Counted from the first letter of the stretch, positions 11,001 through 20,552 are shown. The stretch is 64,000 bases of DNA from an uncultured Poribacteria bacterium (GCA_951813565.1 OX638351.1:544001-608000); one strand, 5' to 3'. Notes: generated by a model from the sequence alone, not told the origin. Translations and numbers: made by a program.

Positions 11001-11366
11001 CCTACTGATGATGAACCGGTGGAATACTTACGATTCAATCGCCGAAGTCGTGAAGACATTCTCGGTGTACGCCTTGACTATCAGTTCACACCAAGTATGA
11101 ACATTCTCGGTGGGTTCCAATATAGGAAGTTTACTAATCGAGACAATAACTTCAGAAACTATCTCGCCATTTTCCCGGCAGATGAAGCTGTCCCAATTCT
11201 TTACCGGCCAGATATACGAACCCGAATTTTTGAAATCCAAGCCATCAACCAAGGTGAATGGCTCGGTTTCAATATCGTTATTTTAGCGGGTTACCGTAGA
11301 ACAACCATCTTGCTCCAAAATACAACAAGTAACACTACGTTTGTTCGAGCAATGATGGGATTCTAA
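8052..11366 (+). CDS. Large acidic hypothetical protein, putative lipid-anchored outer-membrane beta-barrel with Ca-binding loops
   Basis: 1104 aa; lipobox-like VLYGC; DxDxNG/DLNNNG motifs and poly-Asp; amphipathic strands; ends TTFVRAMMGF. Confidence 0.75.
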   Translation: MNKLKRLTNVLLVATCILSGFVLYGCGAQSLGPQEPLLPTIEGDSKFSDRFQLEEEPQFFYDLFGKELLEGSEVYNYRERKAFNQNGELVVGWTGQLDSERFSAQLDRTILTEDAYLGRYNEFAIGDHMRLKPSTLFPNRYIVYKTEFDGFRWDISFAQERHLFTLINSRISNPVQLNDNAANLAPTLGRRNGLNDDAGVRHIENARLVGFRGQGLLGDIFRVGFTYVNLHKEHPERVENPLMGTVANTPPESITVVFRDDSPEDNHVAQITDFDGYDPNLHGENIQGGVGAAFKMMVINIITQELEDVSVEELEEGYEPSLQPEQSQQIEVFIDDITPVDAAVDEVRDSVDGEWKIVDGFNKMRYDLVFADHDIDPRTVKSVDFEMVVAGDYNIAVVGFSEANMAESDPEIQEWIKTEDGHIQMPYRDIIEAPGNYGQSPDYTDNRENLVDNPSAWEGEGRPRKIRYRYGAARAAVLYGLDLEGTVGNVFVRAHYSINGKYKQYPTIPKDKVGFSRVTANIETEDGEEPTGIQIDPATQLAVDANGIPTYSETEGERFEALLGGDGTDEGGDGELGRETAWFVQLKSRFGKLYLEGVLYHIDPGYTTTYLNFGSNSDRDQPYALPRTQESANERDPWDIENYALVEDDDDDDDWPDDDDFDGVLPRADDRDQNGILDFQEDFLIFEADPPVFTDLIDLNNNGTIDSLEDDFEPQYEYGIDRDGYHLKAEYDLLDNLSLQVGWLNESEISSRRKNDSKYLHVTYQRDIPDFGTILFQNRFVRVRDDIPDYTITLRVGELEPEQITDELDYYNARVNTTTLQFLYTAVPNLTLEAKLLVVLQKQFELDAEEAVFLDVEFDEAADLFEPDERVDFMVPDEQVRTSGQKREYPFYPDHGINALDAADTGLIYDTDNWKTRRYPERNIRSQQTILKARYEIPLGDFPVIERIGEDFTLTPMVKYIWDRAFDRSAEEIGDALNSRFFVPTDDEPVEYLRFNRRSREDILGVRLDYQFTPSMNILGGFQYRKFTNRDNNFRNYLAIFPADEAVPILYRPDIRTRIFEIQAINQGEWLGFNIVILAGYRRTTILLQNTTSNTTFVRAMMGF

Positions 11367-11620
11367 GTTCATTAGTATTTTTTTGTTGGGCGCGAAGATA
11401 TCGCGTCCAGCAAACTTTACTATGGAATAACTTATTGATATCTTTTATGTTGATTGCCAACAAAAGCGCGACTTCTTAGGTACTCATGTGTTAATGATTC
11501 AGATATTGGCTTATAAACCGTAGCACGTTTTTGACACGTGCCTTCTACATATTAGATCGTACTTCATAGAGATAGAAAACTATTGCCGAATCGGCTATTA
11601 CTAAAGGAGAATCAGAACGA

Positions 11621-12676
11621 ATGACCCGTTTAAGTTTAATTTTAATGTTTATTGCCTGCATGTTGATGTCTGTCAACATTGTTATGGCACAAGAAGAAGA
11701 AGCAGTGGAAGCTCCCAGCGTTGATGTTTCCGATGCCCAAGAAGCAGAAACTATGGATAGTGGGGCGACAATTAAAGGTGAAGTTATTGATACTAGCGCC
11801 GAACAGACCCCAATTGAGGGCGTGAGCGTTAGAATCGTTAATAGTAGCGACGGTCAAGAGCATATAGTGACAACAGATAAAGACGGAGCTTACGAAAAAA
11901 CCGGTCTCCCCGCTGGACGTTACACGATTAGCGTTACCAAAGAAGGTTATGGTGATCGTGTTGGGAAATCGAAAGTAGTTGCTCCTGGAGGCGAGATATT
12001 TGACCGAATCAAAATGAGAGAAAAAGATACTATCGTTTCTTTTTTTCAGAAATTTGGGTTCGTTTTCTATCCACTTGCCATTTGCTCTATTGTGGCATTA
12101 ACATTCATTATTGAAAGGCTTTTCACGTTTGTACGAAGCCGCTCACGAATTGGAACAGAACAGTTCATAGCAAGTATTGCGGATTCACTGAGGAAAGAGA
12201 ACATTATGGAAGCTGTTTCAACTTGTGAAGAAGCTGGCGGTCCTCTCGCTAATGTGCTAAAAGCTGGGCTGCTCAGATATAGTCAAGCACAGATTGAAGA
12301 ACGCGATATTACCAAAGAAGAAATTCAGGAAGCTATTGAAGAAGCCAGCCTCCTTGAAATCCCAGAATTAGAAAGAAACCTGCCCGTACTGGGAACAGTC
12401 GCAGTGGTTTCACCGCTGTTCGGTCTGCTTGGAACTGTTACGGGTATGATTACCGCGTTTACCACTATCGCCCTTGAAGGTACTGGTGATCCGCAACAAC
12501 TCGCAGGCGGTATCTCACAGGCACTTCTAACGACTGCTGGTGGCTTAACAATTGCTATTCCTTGTCTCATTTTCTTCCAACTCTTTGATAGCTGGGTCAA
12601 TAGACATATGGTTGAAATTTCACAGGTCTCTACAGAAATTGTTAACCAGTTGATTGTAGGTGAAGCAAACGCTTAA
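11621..12676 (+). CDS. exbB: MotA/TolQ/ExbB proton channel protein with N-terminal carboxypeptidase-regulatory-like domain
   Basis: SPLFGLLGTVTGMI..F, LAGGISQALLTTAGGL.IAIP; N-terminal IKGEVID..PIEGVSV..TTDKDGAY..LPAGRYTISVTKEGY. Confidence 0.9.
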   Translation: MTRLSLILMFIACMLMSVNIVMAQEEEAVEAPSVDVSDAQEAETMDSGATIKGEVIDTSAEQTPIEGVSVRIVNSSDGQEHIVTTDKDGAYEKTGLPAGRYTISVTKEGYGDRVGKSKVVAPGGEIFDRIKMREKDTIVSFFQKFGFVFYPLAICSIVALTFIIERLFTFVRSRSRIGTEQFIASIADSLRKENIMEAVSTCEEAGGPLANVLKAGLLRYSQAQIEERDITKEEIQEAIEEASLLEIPELERNLPVLGTVAVVSPLFGLLGTVTGMITAFTTIALEGTGDPQQLAGGISQALLTTAGGLTIAIPCLIFFQLFDSWVNRHMVEISQVSTEIVNQLIVGEANA

Positions 12677-12731
12677 TCACGTATAGGGCGGGTATTCAAC
12701 TCGCCCTAATTCTACATAATGGAGAATTGAA

Positions 12732-13181
12732 ATGCAACAACTCGGTGAAGCCAAATTGAGTTTGATGGCAACGCGAATACGAGAACGTAAACCGCCAACT
12801 CTCAGTATGGCACCTATGATTGATTGTGTATTCCTGCTTCTGATTTTTTTCATGGTGTCAACAACTTTTACGCCAATGCCGGGAATCCGTGTACAACTTC
12901 CGCCTCCCGGTGAACCTTCAAAAGAAAAACCTAAAGGGCTTGTTGTCAAAATTGATAACCCTGCTGTCAGCGATAAAGCTGGTACAATGCTTTTGAATGG
13001 CGCAGTTGTACAGTTTGAGGAAATGTTTTCACTGCTTCTCAATGCACCTCAAGAACAAAAAACGATGCTTATTATCCAATCCGGACGTGAAGTTCTACAT
13101 GAACAGATTGTCACCGTAATGGATACGGCGAAAGAAGCGGGTATTGATAAAATTGGGTTTGCTATTACCGCGCGAGAATGA
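12732..13181 (+). CDS. exbD: ExbD/TolR biopolymer transport protein
   Basis: MAPMIDCVFLLLIFFMV; C-terminal IVTVMDTAKEAGIDKIGF. Confidence 0.92.
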   Translation: MQQLGEAKLSLMATRIRERKPPTLSMAPMIDCVFLLLIFFMVSTTFTPMPGIRVQLPPPGEPSKEKPKGLVVKIDNPAVSDKAGTMLLNGAVVQFEEMFSLLLNAPQEQKTMLIIQSGREVLHEQIVTVMDTAKEAGIDKIGFAITARE

Positions 13182-13228
13182 CGCGCCTAATCTAAAGACA
13201 GTTCTAATCGGACTGGAAGGAGAATGGC

Positions 13229-13654
13229 ATGGCTCTCCAAATGGGACGTAGACGTAACACTTCAAATGACGATGATATCCCGATGGCACCTATGATTGAT
13301 TGTGTATTTTTGTTACTCATTTTTTTCATGGTTTCTGCCATTATGCGGGTCCCTCCACCTTTTAGTGTAACGTTACCAGATTCCACAACAGAACACGAAT
13401 TTCCGAGAAAAAAATATAACTTGTTTATTAGCAGTGATGGCCGAATTGCTATTGATGATCGTGAAATGCAAACTTTGGAAGAAGTAGGGCTGTTTATAGC
13501 TGCCCATGAACACCAAATTAGCACCTTAATCATTAAAGCAGATAAACGTGCAAAACACGGACGGGTCATTGACGTGGTAGAACGAGCAAAAATGCGATCA
13601 GCCAAAGTTGAAGGACTTGAAGTCGCTTTTGCCGTTGCTGAAGACGACAGATAA
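13229..13654 (+). CDS. exbD: ExbD/TolR biopolymer transport protein
   Basis: IPMAPMIDCVFLLLIFFMV; IIKADKRAKHGRVIDV. Confidence 0.92.
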   Translation: MALQMGRRRNTSNDDDIPMAPMIDCVFLLLIFFMVSAIMRVPPPFSVTLPDSTTEHEFPRKKYNLFISSDGRIAIDDREMQTLEEVGLFIAAHEHQISTLIIKADKRAKHGRVIDVVERAKMRSAKVEGLEVAFAVAEDDR

Positions 13655-13813
13655 ATGAACAAGCAACATGGAACGGGTAAACTCAGCCAAAGCTGAAAGA
13701 CTAAAGTTGCTCTTGCTGGGTAGATCTTCATTGCCTCGTCCCCTCAAGAAAGACAACAATTGCTGTCTTTAATCCTATTCCTCATTTCTTAGAATATCTT
13801 GACTTGTGTTAAT

Positions 13814-13861
13814 CGCGTAGAAAGCCACTAATTGAAAATTCAATTAGTGGCTTTCTACGCG
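13814..13861. repeat. Perfect 48-bp palindrome (23-bp arms, 2-nt spacer)
   Basis: cgcgtagaaagccactaattgaa-aa-ttcaattagtggctttctacgcg. Confidence 0.9.
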
Positions 13862-13929
13862 TTAGGAACTTTGATGGATACCCATAAATTAAGAACTTGC
13901 TGTATATTCACACGGAAAGGATATAACCG

Positions 13930-14265
13930 ATGAAGAACCGCTTTTTTCTAATAATTATCGGTGTTCTTGCGATTTGGATCGTGGCTGCGTTATTAGTATT
14001 GTTAATTTATCAACCGAAGGTGGAATTTGTTATAAAAATCTCTAATCCGGAAATTGGTGAATCTGAAGGCGCTATGACATTAAATGATATGCGGATCCAG
14101 TTTGATGAGATGCTCAACCGATTCGACAAGAGACCAGACAATGTTAAAACCGTGCTCATTATTCATGCTGATAGTGAGGTGAATCAACAGCAAATTGTCC
14201 GTATAATGGATATTGCTATGCAGGCAGGAATAAAAAAAATAGGGATTACTGTGGGAAGCAGGTAA
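13930..14265 (+). CDS. ExbD-like protein lacking the conserved TM Asp motif
   Basis: C-terminal LIIHADSEV..QIVRIMDIAMQAGIKKIGI; TM helix has no PxID motif. Confidence 0.75.
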   Translation: MKNRFFLIIIGVLAIWIVAALLVLLIYQPKVEFVIKISNPEIGESEGAMTLNDMRIQFDEMLNRFDKRPDNVKTVLIIHADSEVNQQQIVRIMDIAMQAGIKKIGITVGSR

Positions 14266-14280
14266 TTTCACTATAAAATA

Positions 14281-14308
14281 GAATTAGGCGGCAGACGCTG
14301 CCTAATTC
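14281..14308. terminator. Hairpin between convergent genes
   Basis: gaattaggcggc-agac-gctgcctaattc. Confidence 0.55.
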
Positions 14309-14319
14309 TGGCAAAGTAA

Positions 14320-17300
14320 TCAGCCCTGTTTTTTCTTGGGAGTCCTCTTGCGGACCCGTCGAGTCTGTACGGGTGGCGGTGGAGGCGGTGGTGTAACAAC
14401 CTTCCAGAAAAGCGGTAAGAACGTATCCCAGTTTGCGAGAATTTTCTCTGCTCGTTGACTTTCCGTTAACTCAAGATGCTTTTGTATCAAACCGACCAAC
14501 GTATCTTCGTCTACTTTTTCGGTAATACGTTTTAACGTAATAAGTTGTGGATTGATTTTCTCTCCAAACTGTTGGTTTTCGTCAAGCACGTAGGCATTTC
14601 CACCTGTCATGCCTGCCCCAAAGTTTCGTCCTGTTTCTCCCAAAATTACAACGGTGCCGCCTGTCATATATTCACATCCGTGGTCACCAACACTTTCTAC
14701 AACAGCAGTTGCGCCGCTGTTCCGAACGCAGAAACGTTCACCTGCTCTACCTGCAGCATACAAGACACCGCTTGTGGCACCATACAGTACAGTATTACCA
14801 ATGATAGTATTTTCATGTGTCTCAAAACGAGAATTAGGTGAAGGTTTGATAACCAGTTCACCGCCTGCCATGCCTTTTCCAACATAGTCATTCGCTTCAC
14901 CAGTTAGGATAAGCTGGATACCGCTGATACAGAACGCCCCAAAACTTTGTCCGGCACTTCCTGTGAAGTAGCATCGAATAGTCTCTTTAGGTAAAGGTGT
15001 GTCACCATATCGGAATGCGATTTCACCAGATAACTTAGCACCGACCGTGCGATGCGTATTACGGATCGGGTACGACAGTTGAATTGGTTCTTTTTTCGCA
15101 ATCGCTACTTCGGCATCTTGCAAAATCTGGTCGTCCAAGGGCGTGTCAACACGATCATTCCGTTCCTGTAAATGATAGCGCGGACTTTTTCCCGTTGGAT
15201 CAGCTGACGCGAGAATCTCAGCAAGATCAAGTGTTGCTGCCTTCGGATAATCAACTAAGTCAGCAAGTTCTAACAAGTCTGGGCGACCAATAATATCGTT
15301 TAGACAGCGATGACCAAGATTCGCAAGGATTGCTCGCACCTCATTTGCCACGCCAAGGATGAAGTTAACAACCATTTCAGGTGTGCCTGGGTACTTTGCT
15401 CGAAGTGCTGGGTCTTGCGTAGCAACGCCGACAGGACAAGTATTCAAATGACACTGCCGTGCCATTACACATCCTGTAGCAACCATTGCTGTTGTGCCGA
15501 AACCGTATTCTTCTGCTCCTAACATAGCCGCAATGACGATATCACGTCCTGACCGCATACCCCCATCAACTCGTAATACAACGCGATCACGCAATTCGTT
15601 TTCAACAAGTCGATGCTGTGTTTCCGCGAGTCCAAGTTCCCACGGCGTTCCAGCGTTTTTGATGGAGCTAAGTGGAGACGCACCAGTCCCGCCTTCATGC
15701 CCACTTATTTGGATCACATCTGCGTATCCTTTTGCGACACCTGATGCGATAGTGCCAATCAAAAACTCAGATACTAACTTTACAGCGACTTTTGCTCGCG
15801 GGTTAACCTGTTTTAGATCATAAATTAATTGCGCGAGGTCTTCAATTGAATAGATGTCGTGATGTGGCGGTGGTGAAATTAAGGGAACCCCTGGAATTGA
15901 GTGGCGGATCTTTGCAATTTCCAATGTTACTTTGTGTCCGGGAATTTGCCCACCTTCTCCAGGTTTTGAACCTTGCGCCATCTTAATCTCTAATTCCCGT
16001 GCGGAGGCAAGATACTGCGGTGTTACGCCAAAACGGCCGGAGGCAACCTGTTTGAGCGCGCTTGATGCAAGATCACCATTCGGTTGCCTTTCAAAACGCC
16101 CACTATCTTCACCGCCTTCACCGCTTCCTGATTTGGCGCCGAGGCGGTTCATCGCAATCGCTAAGGTCTCATGTGTTTCACGGCTCAACGCACCAAAAGA
16201 CATGCTTCCTGTGGTAAAGCGGCGAACGATATCCTCTGCAGGTTCTACCTCTTCAATGGGAATGGGATTACTCGGCTTGAAAGCGAGTAAATCGCGTAAA
16301 CTGGAAGGTTCACCCTCCTCAACTGCTTCAGCGTATTCGGTATAATCTTCAGCTTCACCGCTTTTGACAAACTTGTGCAGTGCCTTGAACACAGTTGGGT
16401 TAAAAGCATGAAATTCACCATTTCTGCGAAATCGGAAATAACCTGCTTCTTGTAAAATCTTTCTTTCGTCAGTCGCGCCAAAAGCTTTTGTGTGAAAATG
16501 GAGGGTTTCTGCGGCGATGTGTTCAAAACCGATACCGCTTAACCTTGATGGGGTGCCAGTAAAACATCTGTCAATAACCGATGCATTGATACCGATAGCC
16601 TCAAAAATCTGTGCCCCTCGATAACTTGACACTGTTGATATACCCATCTTCGCCATAATTTTCAAAATGCCTTTTTCAACTGCTTCCTTGTAGTTAGTAA
16701 TCGCTTGTTCAGTTGAGAGTTCCTCAAATTCATCGTTCTCAGCAAGTCGAACAATTGTTGAAAAAGCGAGGTAAGGATTGATAGCATCAGCCCCATATCC
16801 GAGTAGCACAGCGTAATGGTGTTCTTCACGCGGATCGCCTGCTTCAACAATCAGACTGACTTGTCTGCGTTTGCCTTCACGGATCAAATAGTGATGTACA
16901 GCACCAACCGCGAGTAGCATCGGTATCGGGACAAATTCGGCATTGACGTCCTTATCACTCAAAACCAGAAGTGTATTACCTGAATTTACTGCATCCAAAA
17001 CTTTTTCGCATAACGTGTCTAAAGCACTTTCTAATCCCCGTGTCCCAGAAGCAACAGGGAAACAGACAGGTATAGTAGCGTGTTTGAACTCAGGCAAACT
17101 TTGTGCCTTCAAAGCCTCCAGTTCTTCATTTGTCAATATGGGTGAAGTTAAGCGGATTACGTGGGCATGTTTCTCAGTCTCTGTAAGCAGACTATGTCGT
17201 TTTCCCAGATAAGTTGTCAAAGACATTACCAACCTTTCTCTGAGTGAATCAATTGGGGGGTTGGTAACTTGTGCAAAAAGTTGTTTAAAATAGTGGTAAA

Positions 17301-18807
17301 GCAGGCGTGGATGACGTGAAATGACAGCGGGAGGCGTATCATCCCCCATCGATCCAACTGCTTCTTTAGCTTGCAAAACCATCGGTTTGATAAAACGTTC
17401 CACATCTTCAACCATATAGCCAAATGCTTTCTGGTGTGTCTGCAAATTATCAGGTACTGGTATTATCGTCCCAAGAGGCTGAGGTTTTAGTTCATCTACA
17501 TGCGTAATCTGCTTAACCCAACTGGCATAAGGTTTTTGATTTGAAACCTCGATTTTGATATCTGTATCCGTGAGTAATTGTCCGCGTATAGTATCAACAG
17601 CTATCATCTGCCCCGGACCTAAACGCCCTTTTTTAATCACACGACTATCGTCCAATTCAATGATTCCGACCTCAGACCCCATCACAACAAGCCCATCATC
17701 GGTTACTTTATACCGAGCGGGTCTTAGACCGTTTCTGTCTAAACTGGCACCAACGATGTTTCCGTCTGTGAATGCCACTGCAGCGGGACCATCCCACGGT
17801 TCGCTAACACAGGAGAGGTATTCATAGCACGCTTTTAAAGTCTCTGACATATCTGGTATCTGTTCGTAAGCTTCTGGTATTAAACACATCATTGAATGGA
17901 GAATGCTACGGTCAGAATGCGTTAGTAATTCCAAAGCGTTATCAAGACTCATTGAATCACTACCGTGAGGGTTGATGATCGGGGCAAGTTTCTTGATATC
18001 CTCATTCCATACAGGTGAATTCATTTCGGCTTCACGGGCGCGCATCCAGTTCCTATTTCCCATCAACGTGTTAATCTCGCCGTTGTGCGCTGACATTCGG
18101 AATGGTTGTGCAAGCGACCAAGTTGGCGAGGTATTTGTGCTATACCGTTGGTGAAAAACCGCTAAGGATGCTTCAAAGTCAACATCGCGTAAATCGGAAT
18201 AGAACATTGCGAGTTGGGGGGCAACAAGGAGTCCTTTATAAACAATGGTGCGATGCGAAAAGGAGGCAATGTGAAATCCGTCAAGTTTCTCTTCTGTAAT
18301 CCGATGTTCTAATTCCTTACAGATAAGATAAAGACGTTGTTCAAACTTATCAGCAGGAATATGGGTTGGTCTACCAATAAATACCTGTTCTATCAATGGC
18401 AGTGTTGCGAACGCCTTTTCTCCGAGCGCAGACACATCAACTGGAACTGAACGCCATCCTAAAAGTGGGAATCCGTATTGCTGTAGAATGTTAGCAACGA
18501 TTTCGCGTCCCCGTTCTTGTGCTACGGGGTCATTCCTCGGCAGGAAAATCATGCCAACTGCAAGGTCATTGATCGAATCTAAGTGTGCTCCGAGTTTCTC
18601 TACTTCTTTTCTAAATAGTTTCTCCGGAATCTGTGTTAGGATGCCCGCACCGTCACCTGTCTTTGCATCAGCTGCAACCGCGCCTCGGTGTGTTAAATTC
18701 GTAACTGCTTGTATTGCCATTTCCAATATAGCATGACTTCGACTCCCTGAACGGTTCGCGATAAAACCTACTCCACAGGCATCTTTTTCATATAAATGTT
18801 CGTGCAT
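14320..18807 (-). CDS. gltB: Glutamate synthase large subunit
   Basis: EKDACGVGF Ntn start, HQRYSTNT, HNGEINT, IKMAQGSKPGEGGQ, CVMARQCHLNTCPVGVATQ [3Fe-4S] motif, GXG repeats. Confidence 0.97.
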   Translation of the reverse strand: MHEHLYEKDACGVGFIANRSGSRSHAILEMAIQAVTNLTHRGAVAADAKTGDGAGILTQIPEKLFRKEVEKLGAHLDSINDLAVGMIFLPRNDPVAQERGREIVANILQQYGFPLLGWRSVPVDVSALGEKAFATLPLIEQVFIGRPTHIPADKFEQRLYLICKELEHRITEEKLDGFHIASFSHRTIVYKGLLVAPQLAMFYSDLRDVDFEASLAVFHQRYSTNTSPTWSLAQPFRMSAHNGEINTLMGNRNWMRAREAEMNSPVWNEDIKKLAPIINPHGSDSMSLDNALELLTHSDRSILHSMMCLIPEAYEQIPDMSETLKACYEYLSCVSEPWDGPAAVAFTDGNIVGASLDRNGLRPARYKVTDDGLVVMGSEVGIIELDDSRVIKKGRLGPGQMIAVDTIRGQLLTDTDIKIEVSNQKPYASWVKQITHVDELKPQPLGTIIPVPDNLQTHQKAFGYMVEDVERFIKPMVLQAKEAVGSMGDDTPPAVISRHPRLLYHYFKQLFAQVTNPPIDSLRERLVMSLTTYLGKRHSLLTETEKHAHVIRLTSPILTNEELEALKAQSLPEFKHATIPVCFPVASGTRGLESALDTLCEKVLDAVNSGNTLLVLSDKDVNAEFVPIPMLLAVGAVHHYLIREGKRRQVSLIVEAGDPREEHHYAVLLGYGADAINPYLAFSTIVRLAENDEFEELSTEQAITNYKEAVEKGILKIMAKMGISTVSSYRGAQIFEAIGINASVIDRCFTGTPSRLSGIGFEHIAAETLHFHTKAFGATDERKILQEAGYFRFRRNGEFHAFNPTVFKALHKFVKSGEAEDYTEYAEAVEEGEPSSLRDLLAFKPSNPIPIEEVEPAEDIVRRFTTGSMSFGALSRETHETLAIAMNRLGAKSGSGEGGEDSGRFERQPNGDLASSALKQVASGRFGVTPQYLASARELEIKMAQGSKPGEGGQIPGHKVTLEIAKIRHSIPGVPLISPPPHHDIYSIEDLAQLIYDLKQVNPRAKVAVKLVSEFLIGTIASGVAKGYADVIQISGHEGGTGASPLSSIKNAGTPWELGLAETQHRLVENELRDRVVLRVDGGMRSGRDIVIAAMLGAEEYGFGTTAMVATGCVMARQCHLNTCPVGVATQDPALRAKYPGTPEMVVNFILGVANEVRAILANLGHRCLNDIIGRPDLLELADLVDYPKAATLDLAEILASADPTGKSPRYHLQERNDRVDTPLDDQILQDAEVAIAKKEPIQLSYPIRNTHRTVGAKLSGEIAFRYGDTPLPKETIRCYFTGSAGQSFGAFCISGIQLILTGEANDYVGKGMAGGELVIKPSPNSRFETHENTIIGNTVLYGATSGVLYAAGRAGERFCVRNSGATAVVESVGDHGCEYMTGGTVVILGETGRNFGAGMTGGNAYVLDENQQFGEKINPQLITLKRITEKVDEDTLVGLIQKHLELTESQRAEKILANWDTFLPLFWKVVTPPPPPPPVQTRRVRKRTPKKKQG

Positions 18808-19175
18808 TTGTAAACTTATACTCCAAGTAATTAATAATTTTGGTATCCGTTAAGTATTTGCATCATCAGAAAAATAAGGTATAAAAGTTCGGATACCGCG
18901 TCTATATTAGACGTATAGGCATTTTCGCCCTCAATTTCCGAATTCGGTAATTTTTTTCTACAATTAATAGTATACCTTAAATGTCGTGAATCGTCAACAA
19001 AATTTTTGTTCTGAAATGGCTCAACTTGACAACCCTAACCTGTTATGATAAAATTGAATTCGTCTCAGAAACAGCAGTAACACCTACCGGTAGGCGCGCT
19101 TTGCAAGCGCGCTGATTTTCGGTGTATTGTTGATTCTTAGATTTACCAAAATAGTTTCAGAGAGTAGGAGCAGAT

Positions 19176-20552
19176 ATGGCAACGTATGATGTCGGAATTA
19201 TTGGCGGGGGACCGGGCGGCTACGTCGCTGCCATTAGAGCAGCACAACTCGGTGGCAACGTATGCCTCATAGAGAAAGGTGAGTGGGGTGGTACCTGCCT
19301 AAATAGGGGGTGTATCCCAACGAAAACCCTCTTTTCTATTGCACATCTCGCCGAGCAGGTCCAAAACACACCAGCTTTGAATACTCAAAGCACAACGGTT
19401 GACTACTCACAAACATTAACACATAAGGCAGAAGTTATCGAAAAACTAAAAAGCGGAATTGGACAACTTCTTAAAGCCAACAAAATTTATACCATAAATG
19501 GTAATGCAACACTTAGCGATAAAAACACAATCACCGTAATTAAATCGGATGACACAACTGAACAAGTAAACGTCAAAAACGTTATTATTGCCACTGGGTC
19601 TGAACCTGCTGAACCTCCTGTTTTTGAAATTGATGAGACCGATGTTTTGACTACGACAGGTATTCTTAACCTCACAGAAATCCCAGAAAGCCTTATTATT
19701 GTCGGAGGAGGTGTTTCGGGGTGTGAATTTGCTTCCATTTTCAACGCTTTTGGTTGTAAGGTAACCGTGTTGGAACTGCTTCCTACAATTTTGGCAACCG
19801 AAGATGTTCAGGTTGTTCGTCATATCCAACTTTTTATGAAGCGGAAAGGTATTTCTATCCAGACGGGTGCAAATATTACCAGCGTCAAAAAGTCAGATGA
19901 GGGTGTTACTGCAGTGCTTGAATCCGGTGAGAATCTTACAGCACAGAAGATGCTTGTTTCAATCGGTAGACGTTACAATTCGGAAGGTATAGGGTTAGAA
20001 AAGGTTGGAGTCCGCACAGAAGACGGCAAAATCGTTGTGAATGAACAGATGCAGACGAATATTCCCAATATTTACGCCGTTGGTGATGTCGCAAGTCGGT
20101 ATCTGTTGGCGCACGTGGCTTCTGCTGAAGGGAAGGTTGCCGCACAAAACTGTCTCGGTGAAACGACTGAGATGGATTATCAAGTGATTCCGTGGTGTGT
20201 TTTCACGCTACCTGAAATTGGGCATGCAGGTATGACTGAAAAAGCGGCAACAGATGAGGGATACGAGGTTAAGGTAGGCAGGTTTCCTTATGGGGCAAGT
20301 GGAATGGCGTTAGGAATGGGAGAAGCAGACGGCTTCGTCAAAACCGTCACGGATGCGGATAGTGGCGACATCCTCGGTGTACATATTGTGGGCGCGCATG
20401 CATCAACGCTTATCCATGAAGCTGCTGTTGCAATTCGTTTGGGTGCGTCTGCGATGGATATTGCCCATACTGTTCACGCGCATCCAACGCTTTCTGAAAT
20501 GGTGATGGAGTCGGCTGAGGCGGCGTATGGTCGTGCGGTGCATGTGTTTTAG
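19176..20552 (+). CDS. lpdA: Dihydrolipoyl dehydrogenase
   Basis: GGGPGGYVAAIRAAQLG, GGTCLNRGCIPTK, HAHPTLSE. Confidence 0.96.
   Translation: MATYDVGIIGGGPGGYVAAIRAAQLGGNVCLIEKGEWGGTCLNRGCIPTKTLFSIAHLAEQVQNTPALNTQSTTVDYSQTLTHKAEVIEKLKSGIGQLLKANKIYTINGNATLSDKNTITVIKSDDTTEQVNVKNVIIATGSEPAEPPVFEIDETDVLTTTGILNLTEIPESLIIVGGGVSGCEFASIFNAFGCKVTVLELLPTILATEDVQVVRHIQLFMKRKGISIQTGANITSVKKSDEGVTAVLESGENLTAQKMLVSIGRRYNSEGIGLEKVGVRTEDGKIVVNEQMQTNIPNIYAVGDVASRYLLAHVASAEGKVAAQNCLGETTEMDYQVIPWCVFTLPEIGHAGMTEKAATDEGYEVKVGRFPYGASGMALGMGEADGFVKTVTDADSGDILGVHIVGAHASTLIHEAAVAIRLGASAMDIAHTVHAHPTLSEMVMESAEAAYGRAVHVF

Noticed and set aside
12677..13731. Long antisense ORFs (121 and 175 aa) over exbD genes
   Set aside because: Shadow ORFs of well-supported plus-strand genes
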